From positions 39,452 to 103,451 of the forward strand of contig CAXQPB010000198.1 of NCBI GenBank assembly GCA_964225545.1: a stretch of DNA of 64,000 nt, given 5' to 3'. The first letter of the stretch is position 1, and every line of letters starts with the position of its first letter. The notes beneath the pieces are model-generated. The model had not been told where the DNA came from and made no database searches. It saw only the letters and a list, made by a program, of their open reading frames with translations. Origin of the DNA: Nitrosopumilus sp. GTDB taxonomy: Bacteria > Desulfobacterota > Binatia > UBA1149 > SPBQ01. Made by a program: the position numbers and the translations under genes. Below, one piece after another: positions 40,197 through 48,970 of the stretch.

Positions 40197-40922
40197 TCAG
40201 GGGGTCGATCGGCTGATCGGTTCCTCGAGGGTTCCGAACATTCGGTCGTAGATCATCGTCAGGGTCGCGAAGTTGCCGCGGTTCATGTCGGCATGATGCG
40301 CTGCGTGAATCGACGTGATGCGATCAAGCGTGCGGAACGGAAACCGCGGCAGATCGATGAACGTGTGATTGATCTGGTTGAGCTGGGTAAACAGCAGCGT
40401 GGCGATCGCCATGCTGAAAGCGCTGAGGCTTCCGCCACCGATGCTGACGGCAATCAGCGGGATCGTTCCGAGGAACAGCGTCAGCCCGATGGCGGTCTCT
40501 ACAGGATGCACGTACAGGGCGTCGATGTAGGTCGGGTGGTGGACCTGGTGATGCAGCGCGTGAATCCGCCTGAGAGGGCGTCCGTGAAACAGGAATCGAG
40601 GGGTGAGGTAATAGAAGAAGTCGTAAACCATCAGCACGGCGAAGATATCGGCCGCGTGTCGCCACACCGGCCTCGGATCCAGGCTCAGGAAGAACGGGAG
40701 GACCGCGACGTAGAACGCGACGTTGACGCCCAGCCCGGCGAGGTTGTTACGCTTGACGGCTTCACGGAAGGGTTTGCGGCGGAGCTTGGTACGATCGGCC
40801 TCGCGGTTGAGGTCACGCATGTGTGCGAATGCGGGCACGCGGAAGGCGATCGCGCTTCCGAGCTTCGTCAGACCGACGAGCGTAACCAGAAAAACCAGAA
40901 TGGCCTGCCAGTTGTATTCCAT
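40197..40922 (-). CDS. Fatty acid hydroxylase / sterol desaturase family membrane protein
   Basis: 241 aa, multiple TM segments. Histidine boxes HALHHQVHH and HAAHH characteristic of the FA_hydroxylase superfamily. Confidence 0.7.
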   Translation of the reverse strand: MEYNWQAILVFLVTLVGLTKLGSAIAFRVPAFAHMRDLNREADRTKLRRKPFREAVKRNNLAGLGVNVAFYVAVLPFFLSLDPRPVWRHAADIFAVLMVYDFFYYLTPRFLFHGRPLRRIHALHHQVHHPTYIDALYVHPVETAIGLTLFLGTIPLIAVSIGGGSLSAFSMAIATLLFTQLNQINHTFIDLPRFPFRTLDRITSIHAAHHADMNRGNFATLTMIYDRMFGTLEEPISRSTP

Positions 40923-41062
40923 GATTCAGCTGATCCAGATGATCCCGATTCGTTCGATGACCGCGCCGCCGGCCCGGCCCGATCATGCGTATCCGGCGCC
41001 CTGAGAACAAGTGGTTTCTGCGCGCCGCGCAGACGATACCGTATGGCCGCGACCGCGAGCTC

Positions 41063-41494
41063 ATGGTGATGGAGAGTTGTTCGAGGGTTTTCGTCTACGG
41101 CACGCTGCAGCAGGGCGAGGAGCTGTCACACCTGTGGCCGCACGCTCCGCTTGCTGTCGAACCGGCCGTCGTGACGGGCCGGCTGCACGATCTCGGGCCT
41201 TACCCGGCGCTCGTGGCCGGCGCTGACCTCGTGGCCGGAGAGCTGTGGAAACTCGGCCCGGAGCATATGGCGGCTACCCTCGCCGTGCTCGATGAAGTCG
41301 AGGATTACGGCCAGGAAGGGGAAGACGATCTGTACGTGCGCACGATCATCGAATGCCGCCTTGCCAGCGCGCGCGTGGAGCGCGCCTTTGCCTATCTTTT
41401 CGCCGATCCGTCCGCGCTGGTCTCGGCGCCGGTGATCGCGCCGGATGCGGATGGATTGTGTCGCTGGAAGCGCGGCGGCGAGCCTGAGCGCTAG
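41063..41494 (+). CDS. Gamma-glutamyl cyclotransferase-like (GGCT/AIG2 family)
   Basis: VFVYGTLQQGE motif near the N-terminus. Start placed at MVMESCS inside ORF 40985..41494. Confidence 0.6.
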   Translation: MVMESCSRVFVYGTLQQGEELSHLWPHAPLAVEPAVVTGRLHDLGPYPALVAGADLVAGELWKLGPEHMAATLAVLDEVEDYGQEGEDDLYVRTIIECRLASARVERAFAYLFADPSALVSAPVIAPDADGLCRWKRGGEPER

Positions 41495-41549
41495 CCGGTT
41501 GCAGACTGGCTGCCTTGCGGCCGGCGCGCTGGATGCCGCGTTCTGTCGT

Positions 41550-41729
41550 TCAGTGAAGGGTGCGAACCCGCCGGTTCTCGGTCTCGAGGATGACATCGCT
41601 GCGCTTGGATCGCCGGCTCTTCGGCTTCAGCGTCGACTCCATGACCCAGGTGCCTTCGATGCGCTTGCCCGTCACCACAACCTTTTTGCTGCTCTTCGAT
41701 CCGTTGTTCTTTTTCGAGAAGAAAGCCAT
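41550..41729 (-). CDS. Small lysine/arginine-rich protein of unknown function (59 aa)
   Basis: MAFFSKKNNGSKSSKKVVVTGKRIEG... GGAGGA RBS 6 nt upstream of the ATG. No recognisable domain. Confidence 0.4.
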   Translation of the reverse strand: MAFFSKKNNGSKSSKKVVVTGKRIEGTWVMESTLKPKSRRSKRSDVILETENRRVRTLH

Positions 41730-42100
41730 GCCCGTTCCTCCGTGCGTGATGGGAGCAGACAAAGCAGGTGCCATGCCGTGTGCCTGGCATGGATTAAGTG
41801 CTTGAAATCACTGGAACTTGCTGAAGCAGGCGGGTTCGATCGAGGTACATCGGCGAGCGCGTTCGTACATTGTCGCGCGTGCCGATGCCCTCACGCGCAG
41901 TTCATCTCTTCGGTCAATGACCGTACGAGGAAAAAGCGCGCGTACGTTCGAGATCTGGTTCTGTGAAGAGCCTTCGCGCTGCTCTCCCGTTGCGGTTGCC
42001 CGAGTGCTAGGCTCGCGTCGTCGCGGCGTTTCGCGCGCCCGCGCAGGCTGGTGCCTGCGGCCGGGCTTTTTCGGGACCGCATTCGCCGCCGGAGGTAACC

Positions 42101-42988
42101 ATGGCTACAGCAACGAACGCAGGGACACTGTCAGTCACCCGTCTTTCCGGCTCACTCGGGGCGGAGATCCGCGGCGTCAAACTGGTGGAGGCGACACCCG
42201 ATGACGTCGAAACCTTCCGCAAGCTGTTGCTCGAACACCTGGTGATCTTTTTTCCGGATCAGACCCTGACTCCGGACGAGCACATCGCGTTCGGACGTAT
42301 GTTCGGTGAGCTCGAGGCGCACCCCAACCTCATGTTCGCCGGTGAGCGGCCCGAGTTCTTCGAGCTGCACGCCGAGGGAGGGCAGGGGGCGATCGCCGAC
42401 GAGTGGCACAGCGATCTCACCTGTCAGGCCGAGCCCTCGGTCATGGCGATCCTGCACATGGTCAAGTGCCCGGAGGTCGGCGGCGATACGATGTGGGCCA
42501 ACATGTACAAGGCCTACGACGGGCTCTCACCGGCGATGAAGGAATTCTGCGAAGGGCTGTCCGCGCTGCACGATGCGGATCCCCACGGAGATGCCGATAA
42601 GACCGCGATTCATCCGGTCGTTCGCGTGCATCCGGAGACCGGCAGAAAATCGCTCTTCGTCAACGAGCACTTCACGCGCCGTATTGTCGAACTCAGCCAC
42701 GCCGAGAGCCGTGCTCTGCTCTCGTACCTGACCTCATGGGCATCCAGCCCGCAGTTCTCCGTCCGCTACCGCTGGACGCGCGGAACCGTCGCGATCTGGG
42801 ACAATCGTTGCACGCAGCACTGCGTTCTGAACGACTTCGAAGGGGAGCGAGTGATCCAGCGCGTCACGGTCATGGGCGACCGGCCGCAGGCGGCATCGCC
42901 GCCGCGCTGGGAGCCGCGGCTGCTGCCGCTCAGCGCGTCCAGTCGTCACGACCGCCAGCTCTTCGAGCATCTGCACGACGACCAGTAG
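42101..42988 (+). CDS. TauD/TfdA-family Fe(II)/2-oxoglutarate-dependent dioxygenase
   Basis: 295 aa. TauD-like signature: WHSD (HxD iron ligands), second His near VHPETG..., C-terminal R in WDNRCTQH. Confidence 0.75.
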   Translation: MATATNAGTLSVTRLSGSLGAEIRGVKLVEATPDDVETFRKLLLEHLVIFFPDQTLTPDEHIAFGRMFGELEAHPNLMFAGERPEFFELHAEGGQGAIADEWHSDLTCQAEPSVMAILHMVKCPEVGGDTMWANMYKAYDGLSPAMKEFCEGLSALHDADPHGDADKTAIHPVVRVHPETGRKSLFVNEHFTRRIVELSHAESRALLSYLTSWASSPQFSVRYRWTRGTVAIWDNRCTQHCVLNDFEGERVIQRVTVMGDRPQAASPPRWEPRLLPLSASSRHDRQLFEHLHDDQ

Positions 42989-43002
42989 CGGCCGTCCTCC
43001 GG

Positions 43003-44154
43003 CTACAGCCGCTCGATGATCGTCACATTGGCCTGACCGCCGCCCTCGCACATCGTCTGCAGCCCCCAGCGTCCGCCGGTCCGCTCCAGCTCGTTGAGCA
43101 GGGTCGCCATCAGGCGTGTGCCGGTCGCTCCGATCGGGTGACCGAGCGCGATCGCTCCGCCGTTCACGTTGACCTTCGAAAGGTCGGCGCCGGTCTCCTT
43201 CTGCCAGGCGAGCACAACCGGGGCGAAGGCCTCGTTGATCTCGACCAGATCGATCTGATCGAGAGTCATCCCTGTCTTCTCCAGTGCCCAGGCCGTCGCC
43301 GGAATCGGAGCGGTCAGCATATAGATCGGATCGTCGGCGCGAACGCTCATGTGGTGGATGCGCGCGCGTGGCTTCAAGCCGTGCTGTTTCACCGCGCCCT
43401 CTGACGCGATCAGCATGGCCGTCGCTCCGTCCGAAATCTGGCTGGCGACGGCTGCGGTGAGCCGGCCGCCTTCGGACAGCGGCTTGAGCTTCTGCATCCG
43501 CTCGATCGACGTATCGCGTCGCGGCCCTTCGTCGAAGTCGAGCTCGCCGTAGGGGAGAATTTCGTTCTTGAAGCGCCCCTCGTCGGTGGCGCGGATCGCG
43601 CGCTGGTGGCTTTCGAACGCGAACGCCTCCATCTCGTCACGGGTGATGTCCCACTTCTCGGCGATCATCTCCGCGCCGCGAAACTGCGAGACCTCCTGCG
43701 TGCCGAAGCGTTCGACCCAGCCTTTCGAACCGGAGAACGGGTCGGTGAAACCGAGAGGCTCGGCCAGCGTCATCGCCGACGAGATCGGGATCTGACTCAT
43801 GTTCTGCACGCCGCCGGCGACCACCAGATCGCTGGTGCCGCTCATCACGGCCTGCGATGCGAAGTGCACCGCCTGCTGCGAGGATCCGCACTGGCGGTCG
43901 ATGGTTACTCCGGGGACGTGCTGCGGCAGCCCGGCGGCCAGCCAGCAGGTGCGCGCGATGTCACCGGCCTGCGGGCCGATGGTGTCGCAGCAGCCGAAGA
44001 TCACGTCCTCGACCGCACCCGCGTCGACGCCGGTGCGTTCGACCAGGCCCTTGAGGACGTGTGCTCCGAGGTCAGCCGAGTGCTCACCGGCAAGTCCGCC
44101 GCCTCTGCGGCCGACCGGAGTGCGGACCGCGTCGATGATGTATGCCTCTGCCAT
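43003..44154 (-). CDS. Thiolase (acetyl-CoA C-acyltransferase)
   Basis: 383 aa. Thiolase N-terminus IIDAVRTPVGRRGG, QCGSSQQA active-site Cys region, C-terminal GGGQA motif. Confidence 0.85.
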   Translation of the reverse strand: MAEAYIIDAVRTPVGRRGGGLAGEHSADLGAHVLKGLVERTGVDAGAVEDVIFGCCDTIGPQAGDIARTCWLAAGLPQHVPGVTIDRQCGSSQQAVHFASQAVMSGTSDLVVAGGVQNMSQIPISSAMTLAEPLGFTDPFSGSKGWVERFGTQEVSQFRGAEMIAEKWDITRDEMEAFAFESHQRAIRATDEGRFKNEILPYGELDFDEGPRRDTSIERMQKLKPLSEGGRLTAAVASQISDGATAMLIASEGAVKQHGLKPRARIHHMSVRADDPIYMLTAPIPATAWALEKTGMTLDQIDLVEINEAFAPVVLAWQKETGADLSKVNVNGGAIALGHPIGATGTRLMATLLNELERTGGRWGLQTMCEGGGQANVTIIERL

Positions 44155-44205
44155 GTTATTGCTCTCCGTGGGTCTCTGTTCTGGTTGACTGCCTTGTGTC
44201 GGGAA

Positions 44206-45405
44206 TCAGCGTGTGACGACGACCGAGGATCCGTGTCCGAACAGCCCCTGGTTGACGCTGACGCCCGCGCGCGCTCCCTCGACCTGCCGGTCGCCGGCCC
44301 GCCCCTGGATCTGCCACGTGAGTTCACAGACCTGCGCGATCGCTTGCGCGGGGATCGCCTCTCCGAAGCAGGCGAGCCCGCCGCTGGGATTGACCGGGCA
44401 GCGGCCGCCGATCGTCGTCTCACCGTCGCGGAGCAGCTTCTCCGCATCGCCGGGTTCGCACAGCCCGATGTTCTCGTACCAGTCGAGCTCCAGTGCCGTG
44501 GACAGGTCGTAGACCTCGGCCAGGTTCATGTCCTCCGGACCCAGCCCGGACTGCTCGTAGGCGGCCCTGGTGATCGAGTCGCGGAACGGCGTATCGGGCA
44601 GACCCACCGCGGCAGCCGAATCGGTCGCGAAGTTCGGCATCTCGATGACATCGTTGGGATAGGTCGGCGTCACGGTCGAGACGGCGGCGATCTTCACGGG
44701 GTCGGTGGTGTGCTTGCGCGCGAACTCCATGCTCGAAAGCACGATCGCTGCGCCGCCATCACTGGTCGCGCAGATGTCGAGCAGACGCAGCGGGTCGGAC
44801 ACGACCGGCGACTTGCCGAAGTCCTCTTCGGTGACCTCTTTTCGATATCGGGCGTTCTCGTTTTTCAGACCGTGGCGAGCGTTCTTGATCTTCACGCGCG
44901 CGAAGTCTTCCGCGGTTGCCCCGTACATTTCCATGCGGCGGCGAGCGTACAGCCCGAAGTAGATCGGGTTGGTCGCACCGATGAGATGAAACCGCAGCCA
45001 GTCGGGGTCCTGCGTGCGTTTGCCGCCGGTCGGCGCAAAGAAGCCCTTCGGTGTCGTGTCGGCGCCGACGACGAGCGCGGTGTCGCACATGCCGGCGAGG
45101 ATCATCGCGCGCGCGGTGTTGATCGCCTGCGTGCCGCTGGCGCACGCGCCGTACGAGCTGGCGACCGGCGCGCCGGTCCAGCCGAGCGCCTGCGAGAACG
45201 TCGCGCCGGCGACATAGCCGGGGTAGCCGTTGCGGATCGTGTCGCCACCGGCGACGAAGCCGATGTCTTTCCACTCCAGGCCCGCGTCATCGAGGGCCTG
45301 GTTGGCTGCGTGAATGCCGTACTCGACGAAGTTGCGTCCCCACTTTCCCCAGGGGTGCATACCGACGCCGAGGACCGCGACCTGCTTGTCCGTACCGTTG
45401 CTCAA
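44206..45405 (-). CDS. SCP-x-type thiolase-fold lipid-transfer protein (Ltp2-like)
   Basis: 399 aa thiolase fold lacking the classical thiolase catalytic signature. Resembles nsLTP/SCP-x thiolases that partner with DUF35 proteins. Confidence 0.75.
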   Translation of the reverse strand: MSNGTDKQVAVLGVGMHPWGKWGRNFVEYGIHAANQALDDAGLEWKDIGFVAGGDTIRNGYPGYVAGATFSQALGWTGAPVASSYGACASGTQAINTARAMILAGMCDTALVVGADTTPKGFFAPTGGKRTQDPDWLRFHLIGATNPIYFGLYARRRMEMYGATAEDFARVKIKNARHGLKNENARYRKEVTEEDFGKSPVVSDPLRLLDICATSDGGAAIVLSSMEFARKHTTDPVKIAAVSTVTPTYPNDVIEMPNFATDSAAAVGLPDTPFRDSITRAAYEQSGLGPEDMNLAEVYDLSTALELDWYENIGLCEPGDAEKLLRDGETTIGGRCPVNPSGGLACFGEAIPAQAIAQVCELTWQIQGRAGDRQVEGARAGVSVNQGLFGHGSSVVVTR

Positions 45406-45418
45406 CAGATCTGTCTCC

Positions 45419-45856
45419 TCAGCCCGCGCTCGGGCGCCACTTCCAGACCAGATACTCGTTCTCGTCGTCCTCGTACAGAGCGTCGATCACCAGCTCCATC
45501 TTCATGCCCGCCGATAGATCAGCGATCGATACATCGGAGCTGACCTGGCCGAGGACAACCATCTTCTCGAGATCCAGCTCGACGGCCGCGACAATGTACG
45601 GTTCGAACGGGTCGGGCGCCACGTAGGGAGCCGGCGGCGGATAGCGGTTGTCGGTGAACGACCACAGCGTGCCGGTGCGGCTGAGCGGGATCTCTTCGAA
45701 GTCGTTGCCGCGACAGGCGGGGTTGCGGCAGAAATACGTCTCCCGCGGAAAGAAGTAACTGCCGCAGCTCTTGCAGCGGGTGCCGATGAGATGAGCGATC
45801 TCGCCGTCGGCGACGAACCAGCCGTCGATCGCAGGGACTTTTTTCTTCTGACTCAT
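45419..45856 (-). CDS. DUF35 OB-fold/zinc-ribbon protein (ChsH2 C-terminal-domain-like partner of SCP-x thiolase)
   Basis: 145 aa. Cys4 rubredoxin-like zinc ribbon (CKSCGSYFFPRETYFCRNPAC) followed by an OB-fold. Classic genomic pairing with the SCP-x thiolase 14 nt downstream. Confidence 0.8.
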   Translation of the reverse strand: MSQKKKVPAIDGWFVADGEIAHLIGTRCKSCGSYFFPRETYFCRNPACRGNDFEEIPLSRTGTLWSFTDNRYPPPAPYVAPDPFEPYIVAAVELDLEKMVVLGQVSSDVSIADLSAGMKMELVIDALYEDDENEYLVWKWRPSAG

Positions 45857-45875
45857 TTCTCTCGCTTCTTTCCGT

Positions 45876-46940
45876 TCACGCTTGTGTCGTGCCGACTGCC
45901 TCGAAACCGAACGAGGGGCCTCCGCGCTCGCGCAGAACGGCGTCCGCTACCCGGCGTCGATGATACAGCCGGCTGCCCCAGCTCGACTCGAGGGCCCACG
46001 CGCGCTTCATCCACAGATGCAGGTCGACCTCCCAGGTGTACCCGATCGCACCATGTACCTGGAGCGCGGTTTTCGCCGCTGCGCATGCGGCTTCATCGGC
46101 CATTGCCTTTGCCTGGGAGACATCGATCGTCCGATTCGGAGAGTCTGTCGCGATCGAATGCGCGGCCCGGTAGACCATCGGTCGGGCGAACTCGAGCTTC
46201 ACTGCCACGTTGGCCAGGTGATGCTTGATCGCCTGGAACGAACCGATCGGCTTCCCGAACTGATGACGATCTTTCGCATAGTCAACGGCGAGCTCGATCA
46301 GCCGGGCAGTGATGCCGAGCTGCTGGGCCGCGATTGCGAGGGCCGCGCGATCGGCGGCTCGTTGCATCATCGCCTGGGCCTCGTCTCCCGACGCCACGGT
46401 CGTCGCGTCTCCGGTAATCTCGAAGGTGTACAGCCGTCGCGACGGATCGCTGGTGGGCTGTCGCTCGGTTTTCAACGCCGCTCGTTCGACGGCGGCGATC
46501 TCGCCTGCGCGTTCGATCAGAACAAGATCCGCATCGCCGGCATCGGCGACTGCCGGATTGATGTGACCCGCCACCGTGACGACCGCTTCTCCGCTCGCGA
46601 TCGCAGGAAGCCAGCGACCCGCGAGCTCCTCGTTGCCGCACTCGGCGAGCAGCGGAGCCGCCACCGCGGCGGTCTCGACGACCGGCTCGGGGAGGGCGAC
46701 GCGCCCGGTCTCCTCGAGCGGAAGTAGGAGGTCGAGCTCGTTCATGCCGAGTCCGCCGTGCGATTCGGGCACCAGCACGCCGAGCAGGCCCGACGAGGCC
46801 AGCGCCGCCCAGCGCTCCGTCGAGCGGCCGCGCTCGTCGTCCCACAGCGCGCGGATCGACTCCGGCGTGCAGTGCTTCTCGAGCAGCGGCCGCAAGCTGT
46901 CGCGGAAAAGGTTCTGATCTTCGGTGAACGTGAACTGCAT
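45876..46940 (-). CDS. Acyl-CoA dehydrogenase family protein (short FadE-type, likely subunit of a heteromeric ACAD)
   Basis: Start MQFTFTEDQNLF, typical ACAD N-terminus. C-terminus ...LQVHGAIGYTWEVDLHLWMKRAWALE. 354 aa. An alternative GTG at 46970 would overlap the upstream gene. Confidence 0.7.
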   Translation of the reverse strand: MQFTFTEDQNLFRDSLRPLLEKHCTPESIRALWDDERGRSTERWAALASSGLLGVLVPESHGGLGMNELDLLLPLEETGRVALPEPVVETAAVAAPLLAECGNEELAGRWLPAIASGEAVVTVAGHINPAVADAGDADLVLIERAGEIAAVERAALKTERQPTSDPSRRLYTFEITGDATTVASGDEAQAMMQRAADRAALAIAAQQLGITARLIELAVDYAKDRHQFGKPIGSFQAIKHHLANVAVKLEFARPMVYRAAHSIATDSPNRTIDVSQAKAMADEAACAAAKTALQVHGAIGYTWEVDLHLWMKRAWALESSWGSRLYHRRRVADAVLRERGGPSFGFEAVGTTQA

Positions 46941-46944
46941 CGAC

Positions 46945-48108
46945 TCAGGCCCGTGGGAGTCCCAGCACACGCTCGGCGATCACGTTGCGCTGGATCTCGT
47001 TGGTGCCGGCGTAGATGGGACCGGCCAGGGAGAACAGAAAGCCATCGAGCCAGCCGCCGACGTCGCCGGCCGCGCTCGCGTGCGGCAGAAGCTCGGCCCG
47101 TGATTCGAGGATGGCGAGCGCGGTCTCGTGCATGCTGAGGTCGAGTTCGGACCAGAAGATCTTGTTCAGGCTGGCCTCGGCACCGATCGACCCACCCTGC
47201 ATCAGCCGTGAGGCGGTCTGATAGGTGTTCAGGCAATACGCCTCCGCGCCCATCCACGCGCGCGCGACCGCATCGCGCAGGGAGGGGTCGGCCTCATCGG
47301 CATGACGCCGGTACAACTCGACCAGCCGCGCCGCCGTCGCCTGAAAACGCGCCGGGCTGCGCAGCATCAGCCCGCGCTCGAAGCCCGCCGTCGCCATCGC
47401 CACCGACCAGCCTTTGTCACGCTCGCCGAGCTGGTTCTCGATCGGAACGCGGACCTCGTCGAAGAAGATCTCCGCGAAGCCGGTCTCGCCGTCGAGCTGG
47501 GAGATCGGGCGAACGGTGATGCCGTCGAGGTCGAGGGGGACGAGAATGAAGGTCAACCCGCGATGACGCTCGGAGTCCGGGTCGGTACGGAACATGCCGA
47601 ACAGCCAGTCGGCGAACGCGGCACGTGAAGCCCAGGTCTTCTGGCCATTGAGAACGAAGTGGTCGCCGTCGATACGGGCGCTGGCGCGGATGGCTGCCAT
47701 ATCGCTGCCGGCGTTGGGTTCGGACCAGCCCTGCGCCCAGATCTCCTCGCCCGATGCCATGCGCGGGAGGAACCGGGCTTTCTGCTCGGCGGTGCCGTAT
47801 TCCATCAAAGTCGGTCCGAGCAGGAAGATTCCGTTCTGATTCACGCGGCCCGGTGAGCCGGCTCGCCAGTACTCCTCCTCGAAGATCAGCCACTCGATCA
47901 GATTGGCACCGCGACCGCCGTACTCCTCCGGCCAGTTGACCATTCCCCAGCGCCCCTCGTTCAGTTTCGCTTCCCATACGCGGTGGGCAGCGAAGCCTTC
48001 GGCGGTGTCCATCGAAGGCAGAGGGTCGCTCGGTACGTTCTTTGCGAGCCATTCGCGTGCTTCCGAGCGCAGCGCCCGGTGCTCCGGTGTGTAACTGAGA
48101 TCGATCAC
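46945..48108 (-). CDS. Acyl-CoA dehydrogenase family protein; YEGT-type motif reads YAGT
   Basis: 387 aa. GTG start overlapping the stop of the upstream hydratase (GTGA). C-terminal IYAGTNEIQRNVIAERVLG. Confidence 0.75.
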   Translation of the reverse strand: MIDLSYTPEHRALRSEAREWLAKNVPSDPLPSMDTAEGFAAHRVWEAKLNEGRWGMVNWPEEYGGRGANLIEWLIFEEEYWRAGSPGRVNQNGIFLLGPTLMEYGTAEQKARFLPRMASGEEIWAQGWSEPNAGSDMAAIRASARIDGDHFVLNGQKTWASRAAFADWLFGMFRTDPDSERHRGLTFILVPLDLDGITVRPISQLDGETGFAEIFFDEVRVPIENQLGERDKGWSVAMATAGFERGLMLRSPARFQATAARLVELYRRHADEADPSLRDAVARAWMGAEAYCLNTYQTASRLMQGGSIGAEASLNKIFWSELDLSMHETALAILESRAELLPHASAAGDVGGWLDGFLFSLAGPIYAGTNEIQRNVIAERVLGLPRA

Positions 48109-48853
48109 TTCTTGCCCGAAAAGTCCGCGTCGCGTTTCTCGACGAATGCGTCCCGGGCCTCCTGGGAGTCCGGCGACGTGTACAGCTCGAGGGTAAAGCC
48201 CTGCTCGAAACGGTAACTGCGCTTGACGTCCAGCAGCTCGATCCCGTCGAGCGACTCTTTGGCGAGCCGCAGGGCCTTGCCGCTCTTCGATGCGATCTTT
48301 GCGGCCAGCTCGCGCGCTTCGGCAGCGAGGCGGTCGGCCGGCACCACCGATTCGATGGAGCCGTGACGATAGGCCTCGGCGGCGCTGATCGGTTCGCCGG
48401 TGTAGAGCATGCGACGGACCTTCTGCATCGGGAACATTCGATAGAGGTGAGAGGCGGCCCCGAGCGCGCCACGGTCGATCTCCGGCAATCCGAAGCTGGC
48501 GTCCTCGGAGGCGAGAATGATGTCGGCCGAGCCCGCCATGCCGATACCGCCACCGAGACAGAAGCCGTGAACGGCAACGATGACCGGGACCTTGCAGTCG
48601 TGGATGGCCGCGAAGGTGTCGTAGCAGCCTTTGTTGACGCGGGTGATCCGGCTGCCGTCGGCCTGCAGCTCCTTGATGTCGACGCCCGCGCAGAACCCGC
48701 GGCCCTCGGCTCGGATCAGCAGGCAGTTGACGTTCTCATCGCGGCCGGTCTCGTCGATGGTGCGCGCGAGGTCGAACCACCCGGCGCTGTCAAAAGCGTT
48801 TACCGGCGGGTGATCGAGAACGAGTTCGGCGATGCGGTCTGCGGTCGTGACAG
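48105..48853 (-). CDS. Enoyl-CoA hydratase (crotonase; EchA20-like by size and context)
   Basis: Crotonase signature (LIRAEGRGFCAGVDIKEL ... VAVHGFCLGGGIGMAGSADI). Start inferred as TTG at 48853 with AGAGGAA RBS. The upstream part of ORF 48105..49472 overlaps the hydrolase gene in another frame and is discounted. Confidence 0.65.
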
Positions 48854-48904
48854 TGAATGGCAAGGCGTTTCCTCTCGGGAATCGTCGGCGGCCGACGCGT
48901 TGAA

Positions 48905-48970
48905 TAGAACGTGTTTCACTATCAAGAGGGCGGCGCTTGGTAAAGGAGCCGCCACGCTCAGCGTGCGGCC
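48905..48970 (-). promoter_or_regulatory. Copy B of a ~65-nt repeated intergenic element containing a KstR-type palindrome TAGAACGTGTTTCA (48905..48918), upstream of the enoyl-CoA hydratase gene
   Basis: Fits the TnnAACnnGTTnnA consensus of TetR-family KstR operators. Also shares CTTGGTAAAG and GCGTGCGGC blocks with copy A. On the coding strand it gives TTTACC-N17-GATAGT, a possible promoter. Confidence 0.4.
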
